DNA from: Antedon mediterranea
Lineage: Eukaryota > Animalia > Echinodermata
Reading direction: 5' to 3'
NCBI RefSeq assembly: GCF_964355755.1
Contig: NC_092677.1
Coordinates: 2,874,101-2,938,100 of the forward strand
DNA: 64,000 nt
The position numbers and the translations under genes are program-made. The notes beneath the pieces were generated by a model. That model did not search any database, was not told where the DNA came from, and was given only the letters and a program-made list of their open reading frames with translations. Shown here piece after piece: positions 42,701-54,641 of this stretch; positions within the stretch are counted from its first letter, which is position 1, and every line of letters starts with the position of its first letter.

Positions 42701-45700
42701 CTAATTAGTAACCTAAGTACTCTGCTGTATATTAGTTATAAGTTTTCAGCAATACAAACAATATATTTCATTTTTACGATGCAAGGTTTGATAAATACAG
42801 TGTATAGTTGTACAGTGAAGATTATTGGGAGAGGTATAGTGAAAGAAGGGATGTACTTAACAACTAACAGTGATTGGATCTTCCTCTGTCTACACTATCA
42901 ATCTAGTTTGACAAAAAAAAGTGTGATATGCCCAAATATGGGAGTGATATGCTCAAATATGGTAGTGATATGAGTGACGTCATCATTTCCATATATGGGC
43001 ACATCACATTTTGTTGTCAGTTTGATAGTGTAGACAGAGCTTTACACTTCAGAACAATCTTAAACTTTTACTGAAATATTGGTACATTGTACCCATGGTG
43101 CTAAACAGTAGTCTAGTTGTTTGGATAAAGATTGGATGAAAAAAGTGTAGTGCTTTTGTTTGTAATTATTTGAAAATCATAATTTTCAAGTTCGAGTTCG
43201 AGTATACAGTACTAAGGTAGGACTGGAGCAGTGAGTGTGCTACCATCCATCTTGCTGGTGTGGATCAGTCAAAGTGTCAATTATCAAGACTGACAGACGT
43301 GCTGTGAATTGCTCAATTAAACAACCATTAAAACACTTTATTCCCATTAGAGCCAAATAAACTTTTACCTAGTCTGACCCGCCAGCCCAGCCTCTGGCAG
43401 GTGGTAAAGTGGTGAATGTAAACAAAGGTACCTGGAACAACAGAGTTCATTTGAGGACACTGTCTGGAGTACTTTAAGAAGATTACACTGTCTGTCTATC
43501 TATCTACTGTACTGTACATCCCATGTATTACTATACACTTGCCTAAATAATTTTTCCCCCTTCTTGGAACTTTACATAAACAGCAGATGCCATGTGTACT
43601 TTAATTTAAAGTAACATAAGTTTAAATAATATCACCACCATGTATTTTATAAAATATTATTATTTTTATAAATCTATAAATTTACAATAGATAAAGAATC
43701 TGGAATAAATTCTCGAAAAAATTATTGGATGAATTAATACTACCGTATGTTAATTTTTACAGTATCACAGTCAAATTCTGTGATACAGCATCACATATGC
43801 CAACCTAACTATAAACTTGAACATGATGCATACCCTACATGAGACACTGTATAACAGTATTTGCCATGATACTGGGCATAACATGTGGACATACAGTAAC
43901 GTAGTGAATCGGTTGTCTTTACTGTGTATTTTATCTGATGATATAACAGTAAAATAATCTTAAGCCTGTCTACACTATCAAACTAATTCGACAAAATAAG
44001 TCTGATGTGCTCAATTATGGTAGTAATATGTCTATCATGTCCATAATTATATGGGCACATCACTTTTTTTGTCACATAAAGTTTGATAGTGTAGACATTT
44101 TTTGCTTTATTGCAACAACAGGCGTATCTTTCTATTTCTACTATTGCTCTGTTTAAATATTTTGTTCCAGTATAATGAGTAATTTGTAGTAGGTAGATTT
44201 CTCCCCAGGCGTACTTGCTTGTACTCGGATCAACCTCAAACTTCTCATTTCTGCGTTCATTAGTCTGATTGTGACTTGTGTTATAATTAAGTAAAAATGT
44301 TTGTTCATTTGGATTGCTATGTACTCTAGTAGATGCCTGTGTATCATGTATTTAGCATGAGACAGTGGGCAAGCTATTCATTAATTAATTAATCATAAAA
44401 TTAAATATTGACAAAAACTATTTAATCATTTTAAAATTTAATTTAAAATGTCTTGAAAATTCCTACAAAACATGAGAATCAATTAAAATAGATTGACTAA
44501 TCATCATAGATTATGTGGCAAGCAAGCACTTCTGTTTGATGGAAATTAAAAATGCTAAAGGAGAGTTTGATAAAATATGACAGAATTAATGACAAATCGT
44601 ATAATTCATTGCCATGGAAACAATCTAACAAAGTGACTTCAGTATAGAATTTTCTGATAAAAGGAATGTGATATATTGTCGCGAGAAATGACGGTTTTAC
44701 AAATTATTATTAGCTTTATAAAAGCTATGCCTACTCAATTTAAACTAAAAATAAGGCTGCTTAATGCTTAGTAATTTATTGTGTAACTGCTTAAAATACC
44801 AAATGGTGGGCAGGACTACTACAGTAAGGGGACCACTTCAAAATTCTACTGCAGTTACTGCAGTAACTACACTTCGTATTATACCAAAAAAAAAAAGGAT
44901 TGCTTATAGTAATACAGTATATTGTATAATTAATACACACTGTTAGTGTTATTTCATTGGTAAATAAAAATGTTGTAGTTACTGCAGTGTAGTTACTGCA
45001 GTAACTGCAGTAGAATAATTTGGACATGACTCCAGATACTTTACAGTGGTACAGATTATCTTTTTGAAATTGGTCTACTCCCAATTTTGGATCCAAATGG
45101 TCAAAAATTAGTAATTTGGTATCATTTCTAGACATTTACCATATTTGGTTATGTCATATCCTGTTTAATAAAACCACTTGTAGAGTTCGTTTCAATTGAC
45201 TGGTTTTTATTGACCCAATTCACGATAAAACGTCGTCATTGTCATCGTCATCAAGCAGCCCACTCACTCATGTCTCTTCTGCTGGTCGTTGGTTAAATGA
45301 TCTTGTCATTTAAATAAAACATTGTAATATGTTTCGCATTCTATAAACTCCGTCTACACTAGCAAACTTTATGTGACAAAAAAATGTGATGTGCCTATAG
45401 ACATGATGATGTCATATCACTATCATATTTGGGCATATTTTGTCAAACTGTTTTGATAGTGTAGACAGAGCCTTAGGTAGAGAAAGGACGAAGTGTAAAG
45501 TAGATTATTTGAAAAATATTAAAAGTATATAGAGAATATGATACAATAAAAAAGTTTCTTTAAATTTTAATTTTTTTATTCATTTCATTTGTACAAATAA
45601 AAGAGATATTAAAAAAATCTTGACATTGCTGTAATAAGGGTATCTGTAAGTTAAAGTCAGGTAAGAATAAAAATAGTACGGATATGAATATTGATTGATA

Positions 45701-48700
45701 TATTTCTAAAAAAAAATAATAAAAAATAAAAATAGTAGCAAATTTAATATAATATACCAAGCTTATTTTATTCAAATATGTTTCAAGTGTTTAAATATTT
45801 GTTGGTTTTTAAGTTATCTTTTCATAAAAACGTATTCAAGGTTGAATTACAATGGATAATAGGCAGCACTTTTGTGTGTTTAAAAAAAAATAGAATGTAA
45901 ATAGAACCTAACATTGATTATAAATGACATTGCATAATCATCTAAGAACGTAGCCTATAGACAGACTTTAATAATAATATGCACTGAAGAAATTAGTTAT
46001 ATATTTATATTGTAGTGTAAAGACCCCTACAATGGATAATTAAGCAGCAATCGTGTGTTTAAAAAAAAAATGTAATTGAATATTAACATTGATAATGAAT
46101 GACATTGCATAATCATCTAAGAACGTATAGCCTATAGACAGACTTTAATATACAGTATGCACTGAAGAAACTAGTATTATGTTTATATTGTAGTTTAAAG
46201 ACCCCTTCAAGTTGTTTGCCAGAGATGTAGCAATTGCTGTACTGTATATTGTTACTTTTGTCGAAAAATAATTATATTTTGGTTACTAATTATTATAATT
46301 ATGGTTCACTACATTAATGTATTAATTGTAAACCAATTTAAATTATTAACATTTTGTGATGAAACTATAAATAATTAATAATAAAACAAATACACTTTGC
46401 CTTGAGAGTTTCTGCTTAAAACTATGGGTAGCCAGAGGTGCCTGAAATAGTAGGCCTGCAGTGCTATTTTCAGATGGCCATAATGTGCTGTAATTAATTA
46501 ATATTGATTATTAAATTATTATACTTTCCATTCAATATTAACTGAAAACCTAGTTTATGCAAAAATTTGACGTTTTATTTTTGTTTTTTCTTACAGGTGT
46601 GTACGAATCGAGTATCTTCCACCAAAGCATCGGGACACTACCAAGCAGTGTGTCGGGCTGTGTTGGCGGAAATAGAAGAATTGACAACGTTTTTAGAAGT
46701 GTTATCAAAAGGAACTAAGGTAACGTTTACAACCTGTGCCGTGTGAAATAACTTTGCACGTGTACAATATGGCAGAGAATTTTGTTTTCACTACAAATGT
46801 AAATTGTGAAATGTATTAGGTTGGCTTGGTTTGTTTCAGGTGAAAAAAAAAAACGACTTGACTACTTTAACAACATTATCTCATTTGATGGCTTGATAGC
46901 ATTTAGGCAGGAATATCTCATTTAATGCCCTGCTGATACGGTCTGGTGCATTAGAATGCGCAATAAATGTGGAGTGTTACGTGACTATTGAGGAGATGAA
47001 ATGGAAGAGACTGAAAAAACCTATAAACTATTCTCAAAGTAAAAACGATTTTTCTCCCACGCAAACTTAAAGTAAAGCTTAAACTCTGTCTACACTATTA
47101 TTTGACAAAAAATGTGATGTGCCAATATATGGACATGATGAGGTCATACTGTATCACTACCATATTTGGGCATATCACTACCATATTTGGGCACATCAAA
47201 CTTGTTTTTGTCAAACTAGTTTGATAGTGTAGACAGAGCTTAAGAAAGTGTTGAATTCTGTATTAGTAATTGTTTGAAGAAAAAAGTGTGTTTTAACTAA
47301 AATAAATATCTATTTGACAGCTATTATTAAAATTTGGAATTCAGAATTTTTGTTGGCAGAGATTGTGTCATTTTGGTCTGTGCTATTCTCGCGTGCAAGT
47401 TGGACAAAACAAGTTCATATTAATACTTGTCCATGACCATGAGAAGTGATGGTCTGGTGCACAGACATTGTCTCTTGTTCACCGGTAATTGTCTCAGACT
47501 TGTCTCTTGTTCACTGGTAATTGTTAAGTGTCACTGTCAGGGTTTGTGCTTAAGTGCTTTATCCACATTGTTAATTACGTCCCTCGTACACAAACATTGT
47601 TTTATTTTTAGCTAAATGATGTATGTAATGTAAACAACATTACGGTTGAGGTCTTGCAACAGGCTTCAGGTCTCTTAAAACACCCCTGTGTGACATACTC
47701 TTGTAGAACAATGGCAATACAAAACATATCAAGGCCTGTCTCATCACATGATGTGCATTCATTCACCGCTGTGTCAGTGCCCCATCTGTAGCTTGTTTTT
47801 CCTGCGTCAGCTGGCGTGCTTGCATGTCTATTCAGTACATTTCGTATGTTTTACCTCGGCTGTTACCAGAATGTACTTCATTGACCCCTAGGCAGGAAGA
47901 TGTCTCCCTGGTACTAGCAGTTATTCATTTCAAATTTATAAACTAAACACATTTTAAATGTGTATCTGGAAAAAAAAAACACAGGAAAAAAAAATATTAA
48001 TATTACTTTTTGGGGTTTAGTACCAGATTTAGTTTAGCAATCACATGATTAATTTCATAATAATATTTATTCCCATCATAATATATTATACAGATATTGA
48101 CTGCTTAGAGGTTAAATATAAGATTTGACTTCCCCTCAGGAATGATATTAAGTTCTCGGGGAATATATATTTCTATTACTTTTTGGGGTTTAGTACCAAA
48201 TTTAGTTTAGCAATCACATGATTAATTTCATAATAATATTTATTTCCATCATAATATATTATACAGTTATTGACTGCTTAGAGGTTAAATATAAGATTTG
48301 ACATCCCCTCAGGAATGATATTAAGTTCTCGGGGAATATATATTTCCCTCAGCTGGCGCTTCGGGAAATATATATTCCCTCGAACTTAATATCATTCCCT
48401 CGGGGATGTCAAATCTTATATTTAACCGATATAAAAGGCAATATCTGTTATATTATATAGCCAAGAACAAGTCTGCTGGGTCGGGTGAAGCTAGGCTAGG
48501 CCTCTAGGCTATTATAGTATTTGTATTGTATTTAAACAAGCCTGCCTAGACACCTTACCTTGCGAAGAATAATATACAGATAATTACTAATTAATGATTC
48601 CTAGGCAATATAATATTCACTTAGGCCTAGGTCGTTTAAATTAACAGGAAAATTTCCATCAATAAGCCTATTAATAATAATATTATAATCAGGTAGGCCG

Positions 48701-51700
48701 AATAAACAATTCGTCGTCTTCTCGATCTTCGAGGAGCCGAATCACCGGATGTTCAGCGCGTACTAGTTACTAGGTTACTACCGTGAGTATTGACCAATCA
48801 CAAACTGTGTTTCATCACATTTAGGGTGGACTAATAACAAATGAGGGCGCTATGTATGCATAGCTTAAATAGTTTAGAAGATTAATTACTTCAAGCAAGT
48901 TTCGTGGCGCAGCGGTTGAAACGTTGTCTTGTGATGGAGTGACAATTGCATCGCAAGTTCAAGATCAGTAGATGACTTTTGTTTATTTATCGGCAAACGC
49001 GAGTGTTGCACACGAAAATTACACAGTCAATATCATCGTACTCGAGAATTTATATGATTAATGACAGGGGACACGATTATTACGCGAAAATTACACAGTC
49101 AATATCATTGTTCTTGAGGATATATACGATTTACGATCCTCGCAGCGGTAGTCATGTGATGCAGTTTCAACCAATCAAATTCGCATATTTACATAGGCTA
49201 TGTAATATAATTATATAAATAATACAGTAAAAAGTTCATAATTAAAGCAAAATAATGGTAGTAACAAATAATAATAATATATGTATACAATGAATAAAAG
49301 AAGGCACAATTTCTGAAAAGCTTAATTTGCTGAACTTCTAACGATGCGTTTTATATATTTGACGAGTTTAACTATGCAACTGACAGTTGACAACTTTTAT
49401 GAAACCTCTCACAAAATATAAATGGCCTTCGTGTAGATTTGGACAGATATGCTGGTATAAATTAGCATTTCTATCTGTGTCTCTTGGCATATTATGAATA
49501 TTCAAAGATCATCCCTGTATTGTTGAACTAACCTTGTTGTATTTTATCAACATGTAGTGTTCTAACACAACAATACTATTACATAACACATTGTATTGCA
49601 ATGACCTCAAGAATTTAACCAGCTAACACAATTGTAAGCGTGTATAGAAGAATTTATCATTGGTATTGCTTTAGTTTGCAAAATTGTAGTCAAAAATGCG
49701 CATATTTTAGTTTATTTATATTATTATAAGTCAAAGTGCAAAACTACGGCATGTGTAGATATAATTAATTTGTTAAGACATTAATTAATAATACTTAATA
49801 GTGAATATCTTGAGATCACACAAATAGATAAACCCCTCATGTACACAAATATACCCCTCAAATATAACCCTCAAATATAACCCTCAAATATACCCCTCAA
49901 ATATAACCCTCAAATATACCCCTCAAATATACCCCTCAAATATACCCCTCAAATATACCCCTCAAATATACCCCTCAAATATACCCCTCAAATATACCCC
50001 TCAAATATACCCCTCAAATATACCTCAAGGAATCCCAGTCTCCTACTTTCTCCATCTCCAGTTAGTTGTGGGTGGGGATACTTCCAAAGCTCTATCCTGT
50101 ACACTATTTAACTTACTAGTTTGACAAAAATGTTAATGTGCCCAAATATGGTAGTGATATACCCAAATATGGTAGTGATATGACATCTTTGTGTCCATAT
50201 ATGGGCACATCACACTTTTTTGTCACATAAAGTTTGATAGCGTAGACAGACGCCCGTATTCTTAAACCGGACTTTAGTCGTAGTTCGAAGTTCGACTTGA
50301 AAAAGTCGTAGTTCGAGCTATTACTTCAAATTCGATTAAAAAACAAAGTAGTCGAAGTTTGCAGTTCGACTTAATGAAGTCGAGCTTTTAGTCGACTTGC
50401 ACACGTCTGGGTAACAAAGGCTATACATTGGCCAATGACAAGAGAGTATTTGAGGAGCAGAGACGAAATTTTGCGCATTGATATCACTTTCCATTTCTTA
50501 CAACACTTTTTACGCATCAGGACTATATACATGAAAAATAATTTTAATCGTTAATTATTAGAACAATATCAGTATTAATTTAACAGTGAAGTATATTTGA
50601 TTAACAACAAATAAAATCTTCAAAATATATTTAGGAACCATGGCGGTACGGTAACTTTTATATTTTCTAGGCCCCCAACAAAGTATGATCGCGACGAACC
50701 ACGCACTTCAAAGCGTGACAAGAAAGCGCTAGGCCCCCTAAACATTCCATCGCGTGGTGAATTGCCGCATCTCCCATTGTCGCTATGGCGTGACGTAGCT
50801 CAAGTCGGACTTGCGCGAAGAAAATAATGTAATTTGCATACAGTTGTAAATAAAGATGATTTTCATTATTATAACTTATACCAATGTATATTTAATTAAG
50901 CTAATATAAATATAGATATTTCATTCTTCAATATCTGGCCAATATAACAACTCAATGACTGTTACGTTTTTTATAAACATCGTTTAAAAACCATTTAGTC
51001 GACCATTTAGCCTGCCCCCTCCAGGACTAAAAAAATCGATCAAAATCCGTCTCGATTTAGTCGAGGTTGGCCTGATTTAGTCGGTGATTTAGTTGAAGTT
51101 CGGTTTATGAATTAAAATGACGTCATTTTTTTAGTTTTAGCTTGAACTACGACTAAAGTCCGGTTTAAGAATACGGGCGAGAGCATAAGTTGAAATAAAA
51201 TGTTCTCTTTCTGGGTTAAATTCTTTTGTGACCTTGTTTTCTGGCTGAGCGATTAAAAAAAAATGTATCTATTTGTGGAGTTGTTGTGATGTGTTTGAAG
51301 TTACTAAACTGTAAAATATCACTTCCTAATGTTATAAATTTACAATTATTTTACAGCTAAAATGTAGCACTAACAGAATACATTACTGAACTACTCCTAT
51401 AATGCGTAAACTGTCTATGTTTTCACACATTCGGGGCTTAAAGGTTTTAATATTTTAAACGAGTGACATGTTTATGCCCTTCGTAAATTAAATACGTACA
51501 TTATTCATCGACTTCTTGCACAATTTTTACTTAACATCCAAAAGTCAATCTATGAAGTGATAAATTAAAGGAGCAAAGTTGTTAGTTTTTAATATACATT
51601 GATTTTGAAATAAATTGTATTAATTATACTATAGTCTACAGTAATAGTATAATATTAAATATTTATATAGACATGAATTTGTTACCATAGAGCACTTGAC

Positions 51701-52483
51701 GTTGCGTCATGTAACCATCAAAATTAGGTTAAGGAAAACACGATAATAAATTGCTTTTTGTTTTTGTTTTACAGAATATTAAAAAGTTTTCAGTGGACAC
51801 AGACACAGAAGGAGAAAGAGAATTAGAAGATATAAAACCAAGAGAATGGGTAAGGTTTACGCTGAGCTGAGTCAAATGTCTGCTAATCTAATCCCATCAA
51901 ATCCAATCCCATCAAATCTAATCAGGTCAAATCCCATTTATCAATTCCAATCTTAGTAAAATTCAATCCAACCAAATGTGGTCAAATCCAATCCCACAAA
52001 ATCCAATCCCACCAAATCCCACCAAATCCAATCTCATCAAATCCAATCCAGTCAAATCCATTCTGGTCAAATCCAATCGCATTAAATCCCACCAAATCCA
52101 ATCCTATCAAATCCAATCTGGTCAAAATCCAATCTTATCAAATCCATTCCAGTCAAATCCAATCCCATCAAATCCAATCCCATCAAATCCATTCCCATCA
52201 AATCCATTCCTGTTAAATCCAATCAGGTCAAATCCAATCTGGTCAAATCCAATCCCGGTCAAATCCAATCTAGTATTAATATCATTTATCAAATACTTAT
52301 TGTTCTTTCTAGGCACGATTATGGCTTCAGTTAATGCACACGTTACGACAGGGGGTGAAATTAAAAAAGGTAGCGCAACTCAAAGTGGACAACGTGGATA
52401 TGTTGTACGAGTACGAGTTAACGCCCTACGAGATACTCATGGATGATATCAGATCAAGGCGTTATAATCTTCGAAAAGTTATG
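21715..52483 (+). CDS. SPIRE: Spire actin nucleator, 3'-partial. Coding exons 21715-21979, 22622-22647, 28261-28515, 46597-46719, 51775-51849, 52313-52483; continues beyond window
   Basis: KIND domain ([21 protein letters not shown]; [33 protein letters not shown]; HYQAVCRA). WH2-[22 protein letters not shown] and WH2-[29 protein letters not shown] introns, phases consistent. Confidence 0.95.
24267..24586 (-). mobile_element. tRNA-headed SINE with Deu/Nin-type central domain
   Basis: Minus strand: A box TGGCCGAGCGG, B-box-like GGTTCGAGGC. Core GTCTTCTCGGATAAGGACTATAAACCGTAGGTCC...CACTTTAAAGAACC...GAGTAGGGGGTTACCCCGGTGT resembles the AmnSINE1/DeuSINE domain as recalled; (AAAC)n tail. Confidence 0.8.
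24707..24844. mobile_element. MITE family A copy
   Basis: Both TIRs present. Confidence 0.85.
27294..28038. mobile_element. Foldback (MULE/Mutator-type) non-autonomous element, 745 bp, 9-bp TSD
   Basis: Termini GGGTATTGCTAAACACCGC.../...GCGGTGTTTAGCAATACCC; nearly the whole element is palindromic with ~175-bp subrepeats. TATTTTTTG at 27285-27293 and 28039-28047. Confidence 0.9.
28649..28812. mobile_element. MITE family A copy
   Basis: Both TIRs present. Confidence 0.85.
29630..29730. mobile_element. MITE family B fragment
   Basis: ctagtgggaaccaagc end. Confidence 0.7.
31388..31520. mobile_element. MITE family A degenerate copy
   Basis: 21-bp units; agtttgatagtgtaga end. Confidence 0.7.
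33373..36390. repeat. 17-bp satellite (GGGCATCACTGTACAGT) x~175 in Spire intron 3
   Basis: Near-perfect array; three adjacent CATCTCT variant units near 34955-35000; ends in a few 10-bp GGGCATCACT units. Confidence 0.98.
36391..36780. repeat. Degenerate ~26-bp array (GGCATTACTGTACTGTATGTACAGTA)
   Basis: Contiguous with and related to the 17-bp array. Confidence 0.9.
40703..40789 (-). mobile_element. tRNA-derived SINE head / tRNA pseudogene
   Basis: Minus strand: A box TGGCTTGGTGG, B box GGTTCAAGTCC, then a T-run; no acceptor stem. Confidence 0.6.
40898..41065. mobile_element. MITE family A copy
   Basis: Both TIRs present. Confidence 0.85.
41965..42147. mobile_element. MITE family B copy
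   Basis: Near reverse complement of 13905-14100. Confidence 0.9.
42883..43043. mobile_element. MITE family A copy
   Basis: Both TIRs present. Confidence 0.85.
43961..44097. mobile_element. MITE family A copy
   Basis: Both TIRs recognisable. Confidence 0.8.
44844..45017. mobile_element. Small inverted-repeat element
   Basis: attctactgcagttactgcagtaactacac ... gtgtagttactgcagtaactgcagtagaat. Confidence 0.65.
45345..45474. mobile_element. MITE family A copy
   Basis: Both TIRs present. Confidence 0.85.
45848..46206. repeat. ~180-bp diverged tandem duplication
   Basis: tacaatggataat...aagacccct occurs twice. Confidence 0.85.
47081..47241. mobile_element. MITE family A copy
   Basis: Both TIRs present. 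Confidence 0.85.
48001..49209. mobile_element. Composite: ~174-bp tandem duplication, ~145-bp hairpin (48283-48427) and a 760-bp module with 14-bp inverted ends (48449-49209); Crypton-like by inference
   Basis: Hairpin ggttaaatataagatttgacatcccc...ggggatgtcaaatcttatatttaacc; ends TATATTATATAGCC / GGCTATGTAATATA. Confidence 0.6.
49846..50027. repeat. 13-bp minisatellite (CAAATATACCCCT) x~14
   Basis: Direct inspection. Confidence 0.95.
50087..50250. mobile_element. MITE family A copy with right TIR split by a nested insertion
   Basis: ...gatagcgtagacAGA [insertion] AGAgc at 51180-51184. Confidence 0.85.
50251..51179. mobile_element. 929-bp non-autonomous TIR transposon (Harbinger-like), 36-bp perfect TIR, 3-bp TSD AGA
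   Basis: CGCCCGTATTCTTAAACCGGACTTTAGTCGTAGTTC and its exact reverse complement; AGA at 50248-50250 and 51180-51182. Confidence 0.9.
51885..52272. repeat. Degenerate (AATCC)-based repeat with ~15-bp period filling Spire intron 5
   Basis: caaatccaatcccat-type units. Confidence 0.9.
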
Positions 52484-52543
52484 GTAAGTATTGCAACGAG
52501 AAACTGGAAACCATCCAAAAAGAAATTAAAGTCTCAAGTTATT

Positions 52544-53105
52544 AAGCTCTGTCTACACTATTAAAGTTTATGTGACAAAAAAAATGGGATGTGCCCATAT
52601 ATGGACATGATGATGTCATATTGCTACCATATTTAAGCATTAACTACCATATTTGGGCACATCACTACCATATTTGGGCATATCACACTTTTTTTGTCAA
52701 ACTAGTTTGATAGAGTAGACAGGGCATTGTAAATTAGGTAATAAAAGGTTTGTCTGCTAATGAAGGTCCTTGTTTTTTGTTTGTTGAGGGAGGTATTACT
52801 ATTAGCTGCTTATTACATCATTATCATTTTAAGATTTTAATTCAATCTTGATGATTCTATCTGTTACACACTATCGCTTACATTGAGCACTTTGGTTTCT
52901 AAAGCTATTTTTAGAATAAAACTTTTCCGATCTCTTCTAAGCAAATTTTTCCCACCTAAAACTCTGTCTACACTATCAAACTAGTTTGACAAAGAAAGTG
53001 CAATGTGCCCATATATTGTAGTGATATGCTTACATATGGTAGTGATATGACATCATCATGTCCATATACGGGCATACTAGTATCACTTTTTTTTAGACAG
53101 AGCTT
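52544..53105. mobile_element. Two MITE family A copies (52544-52725, 52959-53105)
   Basis: TIRs and 21-bp internal units. Confidence 0.85.
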
Positions 53106-54641
53106 AAGCTAATTCAAGTTTGTTGGTGCTTTATTTCCCCCTTTAGATGTGAACTACTTTACTTGGTACTTCATTTTATTTCCCTAAAATCTACTTCTAT
53201 AACTTTGACTTTTGAAACTTTGTTTACACTTCACTGGATGCTGCAGTGAATTTAAAGCAATGTGATTAGGAAGTTGCTTAGCCTGTTGTTACAAGTTAGA
53301 AGTATTCAATATAATTTATATTACAGCATATTAACTAAATTTGTTCAAAGAATCTTGAAAATGTGTTGAATAGGGAATGGTTGGTGGATAATGTGAGTAG
53401 GTGGTTATTTAGTGGCTCCTTTCCACCCCCCCCCCCCCCACTCTTACCTTGATCATCTAGGTGGTGCTGAAATGATGTACATTAGAAATACAGTTTTTAG
53501 TCTTAAGACATCACTTGCAATTCATTGGTCAAAAGTATAATAATAGTATATAGTATCCATGTTATTGTACCAAGCAAACAATGTCTTTGTAACTTCCCTT
53601 CTCATTTTAACCAATGAAATATTTTCGCTTGCACATTTTGCTAAAAGAATGATGAAGGGGAAGAGGTAGTCGAACATGCTGACCAATTGTTACTTATGGT
53701 ATCCAATATGGTTCTGGATGCCAATTTGGCATTCATGGATTACCTCACAAATAATGTAAGTAGTTGTACGTGGTAGTGAGAAACTTGTTTTGATTAATTG
53801 TGGTCGGTACTATGTGGTTTGAGATGTTGAAGATTTTTAATCACATATCGGCTACTATGTTATGATAAAATGACTTAGATAAAGATAAAAAATAGGCCTA
53901 CCAATCAGATTCAGTGTTTTTTAAATGGCAAAGTGAAAACAATTATTAATAGTTAATTTCATTTCAGCTGTCAAAAGCAAGCTCCCTAGCACACCTCATG
54001 CACTACACACAATAGATTAAAATACATTTATACCAATGTAGTCAAATAAGTATTAAGATACAGTCCAAATTGTTTAAGCATTTGCATTTGTCTGTTATTT
54101 TTAATTATCCTTTGTAGATGAGGGCTAACCCTTTAAGTCAAACCTTTATCTGTACCACCACAATGAATCAAACTTGACTTCCATGTACCATTGCTATGCT
54201 CAGTAAAAATAGGAAATTGGCGTACAGGTATCTATCGATGATATTGCAGGGTGACGGAAGCTAATATTTGACACGCAGAAATTAATAACATCACTCAACA
54301 AAAATACTGTCATATCTATCCAAAGACCATTGCTTGGTACAAGTAGTTTATAATGTATAATTTAACACTAACGGCCAACCCCTATTCATGGGACATCCCT
54401 ATTAAAGGGACACTTTATTTATTTATTTACTGTATTCAAATTTATTTAGTAAGAGGGTAGCTCTAACAGCAGTACAACTTTCTTGTAACTTGGTTTTACT
54501 CTAGAGAGAATTGTTTCTGGAGTTAGGTTCAAGGGTCATGTTGATTAGGAGTACTACAGTATTTAAATGCATTAATGTACAACTTGCTTCTCTACAGTGT
54601 ATTTCTCTATTCCTGTGAAAATCAATGTAGCTAGGATTACC

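Noticed and set aside
51976-52446. 156-aa (SNPIP)-repeat ORF
   Set aside because: Intronic AATCC repeat running into the wrong frame of the Spire WH2 exon.
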